Part shown: in pieces, positions 16,658-25,593 of the stretch
Layout: the number at the start of each line of letters is the position of its first letter
How positions within the stretch are numbered: the first letter of the stretch is position 1
NCBI GenBank assembly: GCA_038254525.1
Contig: JBBSGC010000001.1
Span: 1-61,946 of the forward strand
Source of the DNA: Propionibacteriales bacterium
GTDB lineage: Bacteria; Actinomycetota; Actinomycetes; Propionibacteriales; Nocardioidaceae
Length of the DNA: 61,946 nt
Reading direction: 5' to 3'
Position numbers and translations under genes: made by a program
Notes under the pieces: generated by a model
The model's database searches: none
What the model saw: the letters and a program-made list of their open reading frames with translations, nothing else
What the model was told of the DNA's origin: nothing

Positions 16658-16732
16658 GAGGCGAATCGGCCCGAGGCGAATCGGCCCGAGGCGAATCGGC
16701 CGGCGGCGAATCGGCCGGCGGCGAATCGGTCG
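16658..16732. repeat. 15-bp tandem repeat x5 (GAGGCGAATCGGCCC) in the rpmB/DAK2 divergent spacer
   Basis: Units at 16658, 16673, 16688, 16703 and 16718; the last two carry GCGG in place of GAGG. Confidence 0.9.
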
Positions 16733-16825
16733 GTGCGAGACCCGTCGGTGGGAACCGGGGCCCAGTCAGTCTCCCCGACTAGTCTGACGCCGCGCGGACT
16801 AAGGGTGCGCGACAGGGAGGGGACG

Positions 16826-18487
16826 ATGACTCAGCCGCTCGGTCTCTCCCTGTTCCAACGCTGGTGCGAGGCCTGCGTCGACGCTCTTGGCGTGGCGCGG
16901 GAGGAGATCGACGCTCTCAACGTCTACCCGGTGCCCGACGGTGACACCGGCACCAACCTGTTCCTCACCTTGGAGGCGGCCGCGGCCGCGACGCGAACCG
17001 CGACAGCTGACGCCGACCTCGACGGGGTAGGTCGAGCCTTCGTCGACGGGGCGCTGCGCGGCGCCCGCGGCAACTCGGGCGTGATCATGTCGCAGCTGCT
17101 GCGTGCCTGCGTGCGCCCCACGTTGGCCGGACGCGACGCCGACGGCCGAGTGGCTCCCGGCACCTTTGCCAGCGCGATGGCGGCCGCGGCGAGCGCCGCC
17201 TACTCAGCCGTGGGTCAGCCCGTCGAGGGCACGATCCTCACCGTCGCCCGGGTGGCCGCTGACGCCGCCGGTTCAGCGGCCACCGCCGGCGGCGATCTCC
17301 AGGCGGTTGCGACCGCCGCCGCTGACGCTGCACGGCTGGCACTCGCCCGCACTCCAGAGCAGCTTGACCAGCTGCGCCGCGCGGGCGTGGTCGATGCCGG
17401 CGGCCGGGGCCTGTGCGTCGTGCTCGACGCCACGGTATGGGTGATGACCGGGCGCTGGTCGCCCGACGCGCAACTCACACCGGCCAAACCCACCCCGGCC
17501 CAAGCGACCCGAGCCCAACCCACAAGGGGCTCGCAGACGACGCCACGCCCAGCGGCGGCGGGCGCGCTGGCCGCGTCCGGACCCGGCTACGAAGTCATGT
17601 TCCTGCTCGACGCCGCCGACGACCGGATCCCCGCGCTGCGGTCGGCGCTGGCTGACCTGGGGGAGTCCCTGGTCGTCGTTGGTGGTGACGGGCTCTGGAA
17701 CGTCCACGTGCACGTCGACGAGGTTGGAGCGGTCCTCGAGCGTGCGTTGGAGGCCGGTCGGCCCTATCGCATCTCCGTCACCCACTTCGCCGAGCCGGCC
17801 GCCCGGCAGGCAGGCCGCTCCAGTGCCACTCGGGCTGTCGTTGCGGTTGCCGCAGGGCCCGGACTGACCTGCCTGTTCGAGCAGGCGGGCGCACGGGTGG
17901 TGCCGTCGATGGCGGGGCTGCACTGCTCAACCGGTGAGCTTCTCGACGCGATCAACAGCAGCGGCGCCGACGAGGTCGTCGTCCTGCCCAACGACGCCGG
18001 CTCGCTGGTCGCGGCCGAGGCTGCAGCGGCGCAGGCTCGCGACGCGGGCGTCCGAGTGTCGGTCATCCCGACCCGGGTGCAGGTGCAGGGCCTGGCGGCG
18101 CTGGCGGTGCATGAGCCCGGCCGCTCCTTCGACGATGACGTCGTCGCGATGACGGCGGCGGCCGGTCAGACCCGCCACGGCGCAGTCACCGTGGCCGCCG
18201 GGAGGGCGATGACCTCGGCCGGCCCTTGTGAACCCGGTGACGTGCTGGGGGTGATCGCTGGCGACTTCGCGCTGGTCGGTTCCGATCTGGGCGAGGTGGC
18301 ACACGAGGTCGTGCGCCGGCTGCTGGTAGGCGGGGGTGAGCTGCTCACCCTGGTCACCGGGAAGGATGCGCCCAGCGGGCTGACCGAAGGGATCCAGCAG
18401 TCGGTGTCCGGCGAGCGGCCCGAGGTGGACACCGTCGTCTACGAAGGCGGCCAGTGGCGCTATCCGTTGCTCGTGGCGGTGGAGTAG
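16826..18487 (+). CDS. DAK2 domain fusion protein (YloV-like), 553 aa
   Basis: YPVPDGDTGTNL DAK2 motif. Conserved position between rpmB and recG (Rv2974c-like). ATG preceded by AGGGAGGGG. Confidence 0.85.
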   Translation: MTQPLGLSLFQRWCEACVDALGVAREEIDALNVYPVPDGDTGTNLFLTLEAAAAATRTATADADLDGVGRAFVDGALRGARGNSGVIMSQLLRACVRPTLAGRDADGRVAPGTFASAMAAAASAAYSAVGQPVEGTILTVARVAADAAGSAATAGGDLQAVATAAADAARLALARTPEQLDQLRRAGVVDAGGRGLCVVLDATVWVMTGRWSPDAQLTPAKPTPAQATRAQPTRGSQTTPRPAAAGALAASGPGYEVMFLLDAADDRIPALRSALADLGESLVVVGGDGLWNVHVHVDEVGAVLERALEAGRPYRISVTHFAEPAARQAGRSSATRAVVAVAAGPGLTCLFEQAGARVVPSMAGLHCSTGELLDAINSSGADEVVVLPNDAGSLVAAEAAAAQARDAGVRVSVIPTRVQVQGLAALAVHEPGRSFDDDVVAMTAAAGQTRHGAVTVAAGRAMTSAGPCEPGDVLGVIAGDFALVGSDLGEVAHEVVRRLLVGGGELLTLVTGKDAPSGLTEGIQQSVSGERPEVDTVVYEGGQWRYPLLVAVE

Positions 18488-18489
18488 AG

Positions 18490-20739
18490 ATGACCACCGC
18501 GGTGAGTGGCGTCGACGTACGCCTGCAGTCGCTGGTCGGCGGGAAGACGGCGACCAAGCTGAAGGACCACCTCGAGCTGTACACCGCCGAGGACCTGTTG
18601 CGGCACTACCCTCGCCGCTATGCCCGGCGGGGCCAGCTCACCGACCTGTCCGCCCTGCCACTCAACGAGCATGTGACCGTGCTGGCCCGGGTGGTGGAGG
18701 CGGCGCTGCGCGACTACCGCGACAACGGTGGCCGGTTGAAGAAGCGGTTGGAGGTCGTGGTCACCGACGGGGAGGGCACCCTGCTGCTCACCTTCTTCCA
18801 TGGTGCCGCGTATCGCGCGCGCTCCCTGCGCCCCGGTGCGGTGGGCCTGTTCGCCGGCAAGGTGGGTCAGTTCCGCAACCGCCGACAGCTGCTGCACCCG
18901 GACTACGAGCTGCTTGACAGCTCGAGCGCCGCAGAGCCCGAGACCGGAACCGACACCCCAGCCGATACCGACCGGGACCTGACAACACTGGGGCGCTTTG
19001 GTCGCTCGCTGATTCCGGTCTACCCGGCCACCGCCAAGGTGAGCTCGTGGCAGATCGCTCGCTGCGTCGAGATAGTCCTCGACGGCTTGGCCGAGCTCGA
19101 GGATCCGCTGCCCGGCGACGTACGCGAGGGAGAGCGCCTGATCGGGCTGCGGCAGGCCTACGAAGGGATCCACCGCCCGGCCGACGAGGCTGCGCTCGAG
19201 GCGGCTCGCGCGAGGCTGCGCTTCGAGGAGGCCTTCGTCGTGCAGACCGTGCTCGCCCAGCATCGAACAGCACTCGAGGCGATGCCCGCGGTCCCACGGC
19301 TGCTGCGCGGCGGCGGTCTGCGGGAGCGGTTCGAGTCCCGGCTGCCTTTCACGCTGACCACCGGCCAGATCGAGATCGGGGAGACACTCGCCGCCGAGCT
19401 GGCTCAGCGGCATCCGATGCACCGGCTGCTCCAGGGCGAGGTGGGCTCCGGCAAGACCGTGGTGGCGCTGCGCGCGATGCTGCAGGTCGTCGATGCCGGC
19501 GGACAGGCCGCGCTCCTCGCCCCCACCGAGGTGCTGGCCGCCCAGCACCACCGCTCGATCACCGCGCTGCTCGGCGACCTCGCGCTTGGCGGCATGCTCG
19601 GTGGCGCCGAGGGCAGCACCCGGGTTCGACTGCTGACCGGCTCGCTGGGAGCCGCCGCCCGACGAGCGGCGTTGCTGGATGCTGCCGCTGGAGCGGCGGG
19701 CATCGTCGTGGGCACGCACGCGCTACTGGAGGATCGCGTCCAGTTCGCTGACCTGGGTCTGGTTGTGGTCGACGAGCAGCACCGCTTCGGCGTCGAGCAG
19801 CGGGCCGCGTTGACCGGCAAGGGAGATCAGGTTCGGCCACACGTGCTGGTGATGACGGCGACGCCGATCCCGCGGACCGTGGCGATGACCGTGTTCGGTG
19901 ACCTGGAGACCTCGACACTGCGGGAGCTGCCGGCCGGCCGACAGCCGGTACAGACGACGGTGGTCCCGGCGACCGACCGGCCGGCTTGGCTCGACCGCAT
20001 CTGGGGACGCATCCGCGAGGAGGCAAGTCGTGGGCGTCAGGCGTATGTCGTGTGTTCCCGCATCGGCGACGGCGGTGCCGAAGAAGCCGGCGGGCCGGGG
20101 GACGAGGTGGACGCGCCTGGTCGTCGCCGGTCCCGGTCGGCCGTGGAAGCCCACCGGGAGCTGAGCGACGGACCGCTGAGCGGCCTGCGGGTCGAGCTCT
20201 TGCATGGACGCATGGCCGCCGACGCCAAGGACGAAGTGATGCGCCGCTTCGCCGCCGGTGAGGTGGACGTGCTCGTCGCGACGACCGTGATCGAGGTCGG
20301 CGTCGACGTTTCCAACGCCTCGGTGATGGTGGTGATGGACGCCGAGCGCTTCGGGCTGTCCCAGCTGCACCAGCTGCGCGGGCGGGTCGGCCGAGGCGAC
20401 GTGCCGGGCCTGTGCCTACTGGTCACCACGGCCTTGCCCGACAGCCCCGCGCTCCAGCGGCTTGTTTCCGTCGCGGCCACCGCCGACGGTTTCGCCATCT
20501 CGCGGCTCGACCTGGCACAGCGCCGAGAGGGCGATGTGCTGGGCGCGAGTCAGTCGGGGCGCCGGTCCAGCCTGCGGCTGCTGTCAGCCCTTGAGCACGA
20601 GGACGTCATCGCCGCGGCCCGCCAGGCCGCCACGCGGACCGTGGCCGAAGACCCTCGGCTCATGGAGCACATTCCGCTGGCTGCCGCCGTGTTCCGCCTG
20701 GAGGAGACCCAGCAGGCCGACTACCTGGACAAGGCGTGA
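18490..20739 (+). CDS. recG: ATP-dependent DNA helicase RecG, 749 aa
   Basis: Walker A GEVGSGKT and DEQHRFG. The C-terminal helicase domain contains QLHQLRGRVGRG. Confidence 0.95.
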   Translation: MTTAVSGVDVRLQSLVGGKTATKLKDHLELYTAEDLLRHYPRRYARRGQLTDLSALPLNEHVTVLARVVEAALRDYRDNGGRLKKRLEVVVTDGEGTLLLTFFHGAAYRARSLRPGAVGLFAGKVGQFRNRRQLLHPDYELLDSSSAAEPETGTDTPADTDRDLTTLGRFGRSLIPVYPATAKVSSWQIARCVEIVLDGLAELEDPLPGDVREGERLIGLRQAYEGIHRPADEAALEAARARLRFEEAFVVQTVLAQHRTALEAMPAVPRLLRGGGLRERFESRLPFTLTTGQIEIGETLAAELAQRHPMHRLLQGEVGSGKTVVALRAMLQVVDAGGQAALLAPTEVLAAQHHRSITALLGDLALGGMLGGAEGSTRVRLLTGSLGAAARRAALLDAAAGAAGIVVGTHALLEDRVQFADLGLVVVDEQHRFGVEQRAALTGKGDQVRPHVLVMTATPIPRTVAMTVFGDLETSTLRELPAGRQPVQTTVVPATDRPAWLDRIWGRIREEASRGRQAYVVCSRIGDGGAEEAGGPGDEVDAPGRRRSRSAVEAHRELSDGPLSGLRVELLHGRMAADAKDEVMRRFAAGEVDVLVATTVIEVGVDVSNASVMVVMDAERFGLSQLHQLRGRVGRGDVPGLCLLVTTALPDSPALQRLVSVAATADGFAISRLDLAQRREGDVLGASQSGRRSSLRLLSALEHEDVIAAARQAATRTVAEDPRLMEHIPLAAAVFRLEETQQADYLDKA

Positions 20740-21362
20740 CCCGGATCGTCAGTGGGATCGCGGGTGGTCGCCGGTTGCGCACACCGCCGGGGGAGCGCAC
20801 CCGCCCCACGACGGATCGCGTCCGGGAAGCCCTGTTCTCCGCGCTCGAGGCGCTGCTCGGCCCGTTAGCGGGACTGCACCTGCTTGACCTGTTCGCCGGC
20901 TCGGGTGCTGTCGGACTCGAGGGCCTCTCTCGCGGTGCTGAGCGGGCGGTCCTGGTGGAGCAGGACCGACGGACTGCCTCGCTGATCGTCAGCAACGCGG
21001 GGCAGCTCGGGTTGGCCGGGGCCAGCGTCGTTGTCCAGCCGGTGCAGCGATATCTCGACCACGGCTCCCCGGAGGCGTTCGACGTGGTCTTCGCGGACCC
21101 GCCGTACTCGCTGGCGGACGACCTGGTGCAGGCCGCGCTGTCCGCCCTGGTCACCCGGGGCTGGCTGGGTGACCAGGCAGTGGTCGTCGTGGAGCGCTCC
21201 AAGCGCGGCCCTCAGCCCAGCTGGCCGGAAGGGCTCGGGCCGCTGCACGACCGCACGTACGGCGAGACGGTGCTTTGGTACGGTCGCCGCGGCGAGCGCC
21301 TCGGTCCGCTCGGTGCGCCCTTTCGCTTCCCCGTCCGCCTCGAGGAGGAGCCACCCCGGTGA
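20736..21362 (+). CDS. rsmD: 16S rRNA (guanine966-N2)-methyltransferase
   Basis: RPTTDRVREALFS, LDLFAGSGAVGLE and FADPPY motifs. GTGA overlap with the recG stop. Confidence 0.85.
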   Translation: MTRIVSGIAGGRRLRTPPGERTRPTTDRVREALFSALEALLGPLAGLHLLDLFAGSGAVGLEGLSRGAERAVLVEQDRRTASLIVSNAGQLGLAGASVVVQPVQRYLDHGSPEAFDVVFADPPYSLADDLVQAALSALVTRGWLGDQAVVVVERSKRGPQPSWPEGLGPLHDRTYGETVLWYGRRGERLGPLGAPFRFPVRLEEEPPR

Positions 21363-21850
21363 CCACCGCCGTCTGCCCCGGGTCCTTTGACCCGCTGACC
21401 TACGGGCACCTCGACATCATCACCCGGGCGGCGGCCATGTTCGACGGCGTCACCGTCGGAGTCCTCGTCAACGCCGGCAAGCGCAGCCTGTTCGACGTGG
21501 CGGAGCGCGTCGAGATGCTCGAGTCAGCGGTGCTGCACCTGTCGAACGTGACCGTGGCCAGCTTCGACGGGCTGCTGGTCGACTTCAGCCGTTCGCGGGG
21601 CAGCACCGTCATCGTCAAGGGGCTGCGCGCCTCCGCGGACTTCGACTACGAGGTCCAGATGGCCCAGATGAACCGACACCTCGAACCCGACCTGGACACG
21701 GTGTTTCTCCCCGCGTCGCCCGAACGCTCCTTCCTCGCGTCAAGTCTCGTCAAGGAGGTCGCCGCGCTCGGTGGCGACGTCAGCGCGATGTTGCCGCGCG
21801 TTATCGTGGACCGGCTGCTCGCGCGGCTCGCCGACCGCGGTCGCGACTGA
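21359..21850 (+). CDS. coaD: Pantetheine-phosphate adenylyltransferase, 163 aa
   Basis: AVCPGSFDPLTYGHLDII motif. GTGA overlap with the rsmD stop. Confidence 0.95.
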   Translation: MTTAVCPGSFDPLTYGHLDIITRAAAMFDGVTVGVLVNAGKRSLFDVAERVEMLESAVLHLSNVTVASFDGLLVDFSRSRGSTVIVKGLRASADFDYEVQMAQMNRHLEPDLDTVFLPASPERSFLASSLVKEVAALGGDVSAMLPRVIVDRLLARLADRGRD

Positions 21851-21898
21851 GGGCGGCGGACAGACACCTGCCGACAACCAGACGAGCCGGGAGGACGC

Positions 21899-22471
21899 GT
21901 GGGTGGCCAAGACGTGCCGGATGGCGGGGGCCTGGCAGCCGGCGAAGGCCTGGCGGCTGACGGAGACGTGCGCGCCAAGGTCGTCGAGCTCCGTCAGCTG
22001 GTCGAGCAGGCTCGTTCGATGCCGATGTCGGCCTCGTGCGTGGTGAACCGCACGGAGCTTCTGGCACATCTCGACGAGCTGTCGTTTCTGCTCACTAATA
22101 CGCTTTCCGACGCCGACCGCGTCCGTGCCGACTCGGCCGCGGTCGTGGCCCAAGGCCGCGACGAAGCGACCGAGCTGGTCGCGCAGGCCCGCATCGAACG
22201 CGAAGCCCTGGTCTCGGAGAGCGAGATCCACGAAGTCGCCCAGCGCGAAGCCGACCGCCTCCTGGCCGACGCCCGCGAGGAGGCTGAAGGGTTACGCAAG
22301 GAGACCGACGACTACGTCGACGGCAGGCTGGCCAGCTTCGAGATCACGCTGCAACGCATCATCGAGGCAGTCGCACGTGGGAGGGAGCGGCTGCGCTCTC
22401 GAAGCTCGCTGGGGGAGCTGAGCGAGGCCGACCTCGCCGGCCCGCCGTTGCCGGACCCGTCGGCCGACTGA
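21899..22471 (+). CDS. Conserved coiled-coil protein (DivIVA / ATP-synthase-b-like helical repeats), 190 aa
   Basis: Heptad-rich E/A/R sequence. GTG start preceded by GGGAGGA. High GC3. No catalytic motif recognised. Confidence 0.6.
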   Translation: MGGQDVPDGGGLAAGEGLAADGDVRAKVVELRQLVEQARSMPMSASCVVNRTELLAHLDELSFLLTNTLSDADRVRADSAAVVAQGRDEATELVAQARIEREALVSESEIHEVAQREADRLLADAREEAEGLRKETDDYVDGRLASFEITLQRIIEAVARGRERLRSRSSLGELSEADLAGPPLPDPSAD

Positions 22472-22619
22472 GCCGGCCCGCGACCACTGCTCGACTGGTC
22501 GTGCCGACTGGATCATCCCGATTGGGTCGTCGCCGTCGGCTGCCGGTATCCTGTGGCGCGGTCCGCAGCTGGACCGCGAAGTTGGTGCGCCTGACCCCGG
22601 AAGTGACCTCCTGACGCGC

Positions 22620-23177
22620 TTGGAACCGGCAGCACCCCTGGTGGTCGACAGCCATGAGCTGGGGCGGCGACCGGGGGCGCAGCGACGCCGGTCTTTGACG
22701 GTGCCAGCCCCGGCAGGGGTCGGCATCGACGTGCTGGGTGTGCTCGAGGGCAGCCTCGTGGAGCTGGACCTGCGGCTCGAGGCTGTCATGGAGGGTGTGC
22801 TGGTGACCGGCACCGCGACGGTGCAGGTCAGCGGTGAGTGCGCACGGTGCCTGGGGCGGATCGCGAACGACCTGGCGGTCGACCTCCAGGAGCTGTACGC
22901 CTACGACGTGGGCAGGGACGACGATGAGACCGGTCGGCTCGAGGGCGACCTGCTCGACCTGGAGCCGGTGCTGCGGGACGCGGTGGTGCTGGCGCTGCCG
23001 TTCAGCCCACGGTGCTCACCGGACTGTCCCGGACTGTGCCCGCAGTGCGGGGCGCGGCTGGCCGACGACCCCGACCATGTCCACGACGAACGGATGGACC
23101 CCCGCTGGGCGGCACTGAGCCGGCTCACCGGAGACCAGGACGACCGACCGGTCAACGCCGGTCTTGACGAGGAGTGA
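22620..23177 (+). CDS. yceD: YceD/DUF177 family protein
   Basis: CARCL...[22 protein letters not shown] cysteine pattern, with conserved linkage to rpmF. TTG start. Confidence 0.85.
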   Translation: MEPAAPLVVDSHELGRRPGAQRRRSLTVPAPAGVGIDVLGVLEGSLVELDLRLEAVMEGVLVTGTATVQVSGECARCLGRIANDLAVDLQELYAYDVGRDDDETGRLEGDLLDLEPVLRDAVVLALPFSPRCSPDCPGLCPQCGARLADDPDHVHDERMDPRWAALSRLTGDQDDRPVNAGLDEE

Positions 23178-23179
23178 TC

Positions 23180-23365
23180 GTGGCTGTTCCGAAGCGCAAG
23201 ATGTCGCGGAGCAACACCCGCCACCGCCGGTCGCAGTGGAAGGCGACCGCGGTGAGCCTGGTGACCTGCGCCAACCCGGCGTGCCGGTCTAAGCACCTCC
23301 CGCACCGGGCGTGCCCGCAGTGCGGCCAGTACGGCGCCCGCAATGAGCGGCGTCAGGTCCGCTGA
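23180..23365 (+). CDS. rpmF: 50S ribosomal protein L32, 61 aa
   Basis: (V)[20 protein letters not shown]. Two Cys pairs (CxxxC at CANPAC, CxxC at CPQC), i.e. the zinc-ribbon form. Confidence 0.9.
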   Translation: MAVPKRKMSRSNTRHRRSQWKATAVSLVTCANPACRSKHLPHRACPQCGQYGARNERRQVR

Positions 23366-23376
23366 GCCCGCGTTCG

Positions 23377-24141
23377 ATGGTCCCGGCCGCTCCAGAGCCG
23401 GAGCCCCTGCCAGCAGGTGTGCCAGCCGGGGTCCTCGGAACTGCCGGGGCCAGGCTGTGCGAGGTGCTTGGTGTACCCGATCTCGAGGATGCGCTGCTGG
23501 TGCACGCGCTGACTCACCGTTCCTTCGCCTATGAGCACGGAGGCCTGCCGACCAACGAGCGGCTGGAGTTCCTTGGCGACTCGGTGCTCGGCCTGGTCGT
23601 GACCGACCGCTTGTTCCTCAGCCATCCTGACCTGTCCGAGGGCCGGCTGGCCAAGCTGCGTGCGGCGGTGGTCAACGCGCGTGCACTCGCCGACGTCGCA
23701 CGAACCCTAGACCTCGGGCCGCACATCCGACTCGGCCGCGGCGAGGAGGCCACCGGCGGCCGAGACAAGGCCTCGATCCTCTCCGACACCGTCGAGGCAC
23801 TCATCGGCGCGGTCTACCTCCAGTTCGGGTACGCGCGTGCCACCGAGGTGGTCCTGGGGCTGTTCGACCCCGTGATCACGGCCGCAGCCCAGCTGGGAGC
23901 GGGACTCGACTGGAAGACCAGCCTGCAAGAGCTCGGCGCGGACACCGGTCTCGGTGTCCCGGAGTACCTGGTCACCGAGAGTGGCCCCGACCACGAAAAA
24001 ACTTTCGCGGCCAAGGTGCGTGTGGGCGAGCGGGTCTACGGGCACGGCGTGGGCCGGTCCAAGAAGGCGGCTGAGCAGCAGGCAGCCGAGACCGCCTGGC
24101 GGCAGATCCGGGCGACGCACGCGCCAACCGCCCTACCCTGA
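23377..24141 (+). CDS. rnc: Ribonuclease III
   Basis: [13 protein letters not shown] signature and a C-terminal dsRBD ([13 protein letters not shown]). Confidence 0.95.
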   Translation: MVPAAPEPEPLPAGVPAGVLGTAGARLCEVLGVPDLEDALLVHALTHRSFAYEHGGLPTNERLEFLGDSVLGLVVTDRLFLSHPDLSEGRLAKLRAAVVNARALADVARTLDLGPHIRLGRGEEATGGRDKASILSDTVEALIGAVYLQFGYARATEVVLGLFDPVITAAAQLGAGLDWKTSLQELGADTGLGVPEYLVTESGPDHEKTFAAKVRVGERVYGHGVGRSKKAAEQQAAETAWRQIRATHAPTALP

Positions 24142-24150
24142 CTGTCCTGC

Positions 24151-24194
24151 CCTGAACCGCTCTATCCTGAACCGCTCTATCCTGACCGCGCTAC
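24151..24194. repeat. 15-bp tandem repeat, 2 perfect copies plus one 14-nt degenerate copy (CCTGAACCGCTCTAT)
   Basis: Units at 24151, 24166 and 24181, in the rnc-mutM spacer. Confidence 0.85.
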
Positions 24195-24244
24195 CCGAAC
24201 GCCATACCTGAGCGCTGCGCCGCTGGTTGGATGGTTGCTGAGCG

Positions 24245-25096
24245 ATGCCCGAGCTGCCCGAGGTCGAGGTGGTTCGTGCCGGGCTCGCCCGGCAGGTCAC
24301 CGGGAGGCGCGTCGAGTTCGCCGAGGTGCTCACCCCCCGTTCGGTCCGTCGCCACCTCCCTGGCCCGCGCGACTTCGAGTCATGGGTCGTCGGCGTACGG
24401 CTGACCGGGGCCCGACGACGTGGCAAGTACCTTTGGCTACCGACTGACGACGGCTCCGCGCTGCTGGCACACCTCGGTATGTCGGGACAGCTGCTCGTGC
24501 GGGCGGAGGGTGCGCCCGACGAGGCCCACCTGCGGATACGCCTGCGCCTGGACAACCGGCGCGAGCTGCGGTTCGTCGACCAGCGGACCTTCGGCGGCAT
24601 GTGGAGCTCCCCCCACGGCGCCGAGCTGCCCGTCGAGGTGACACACATCGGTAGGGACCTCTTCGACCCCGAGTTCGACGCCGTGGACGTGGTCGACCGG
24701 CTGCGCCGTCGGCGTACGGGGCTCAAGCGCGCGCTGCTCGACCAGACCTTGGTGTCAGGTATCGGCAACATCTATGCCGACGAGGCGCTGTGGCGCGCCA
24801 GGTTGCACTTCGCGCGCCCGACCGCGACCCTGCGCCGGTCCGAGGGTGTTCGGCTGCTCCAGGCGGCCGGCGCAGTCATGCACGCGGCGCTTGCTGAGGG
24901 TGGGACCTCCTTCGACGCCCTCTATGTCAACGTCAACGGGGAGAGCGGCTACTTCGACCGGTCGTTGCAGGTCTACGGCCGAGCCGGCCGGCCGTGCACC
25001 CGATGCGGCACGCTGATCCGGCGAGACCCGTTCATGAACCGCTCGTCCTTCACCTGCCCGCGCTGCCAGCCGCTTCCCCGCAACGCAGCCCGCTGA
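24245..25096 (+). CDS. mutM: Formamidopyrimidine-DNA glycosylase
   Basis: MPELPEVE N-terminus and a C-terminal zinc finger, CTRCG...CPRCQ. Confidence 0.95.
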   Translation: MPELPEVEVVRAGLARQVTGRRVEFAEVLTPRSVRRHLPGPRDFESWVVGVRLTGARRRGKYLWLPTDDGSALLAHLGMSGQLLVRAEGAPDEAHLRIRLRLDNRRELRFVDQRTFGGMWSSPHGAELPVEVTHIGRDLFDPEFDAVDVVDRLRRRRTGLKRALLDQTLVSGIGNIYADEALWRARLHFARPTATLRRSEGVRLLQAAGAVMHAALAEGGTSFDALYVNVNGESGYFDRSLQVYGRAGRPCTRCGTLIRRDPFMNRSSFTCPRCQPLPRNAAR

Positions 25097-25163
25097 GCCG
25101 GCGACGAAGTTGACCCCTCCAACCGGCGGTGGGACCCTTGCAGGTGCACGGACCGCAGGTCGC

Positions 25164-25202
25164 GGCACCAGATCACGGCACCAGATCGCAGCACCAGATC
25201 AT
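25164..25202. repeat. 13-bp tandem repeat x3 (GGCACCAGATCAC) abutting the RBS of the small ORF
   Basis: Units at 25164-25176, 25177-25189 and 25190-25202. Confidence 0.85.
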
Positions 25203-25215
25203 GGAGGACACCGTC

Positions 25216-25419
25216 ATGGCCAAGGCACTTGTGGGTCATCTCGTCAGGGTGGACCCCCGGCGCAGCCGCGAGACCTGGCAGCTGCGTCAGCGGGTCGCCG
25301 ACCTGGAGGCCGAGGTGCGGCGCCTCAAGGCTGAGAATGACGCGCTGGCGGCGGGCTATGACCCGACTGCGCTGTTGGTGATCAAGGAGCCGGCCGACCT
25401 GCAGGCCGCGCTGCGTTGA
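25216..25419 (+). CDS. Small coiled-coil protein, 67 aa
   Basis: ATG preceded by GGAGGA at the optimal distance. Sequence MAKALVGHLVRVDPRRS...VADLEAEVRRLKAENDAL (leucine-zipper-like). High GC3. Confidence 0.5.
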   Translation: MAKALVGHLVRVDPRRSRETWQLRQRVADLEAEVRRLKAENDALAAGYDPTALLVIKEPADLQAALR

Positions 25420-25429
25420 CCCCGGCGAG

Positions 25430-25473
25430 TCGACCCCCGAGCGTGTCGACCCCCGAGAAGTCGACGCCCCGAC
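25430..25473. repeat. About 15-bp tandem repeat x3 (GTCGACCCCCGAG)
   Basis: Core copies begin at 25430, 25446 and 25461, in the spacer upstream of smc. Confidence 0.75.
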
Positions 25474-25593
25474 CGGCCGGGCAGTCGCCCGCAGCAGGGT
25501 GTCCCGCCCGCGGCATGGTGTCACGGCTGCACCGCATCCCGCCGCTAGGGTGAGGCGCGTCTTCCGCGAGACCCGTGTCCACGAGGAGCGCGC

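Noticed and set aside
16658-16732. Tandem arrays (here and at 38234, 9031, 13021, 38950 and others) as CRISPR arrays
   Set aside because: The units are 7-15 nt and directly abutting with no spacers, several are in frame inside genes, and there are no cas genes in the window.
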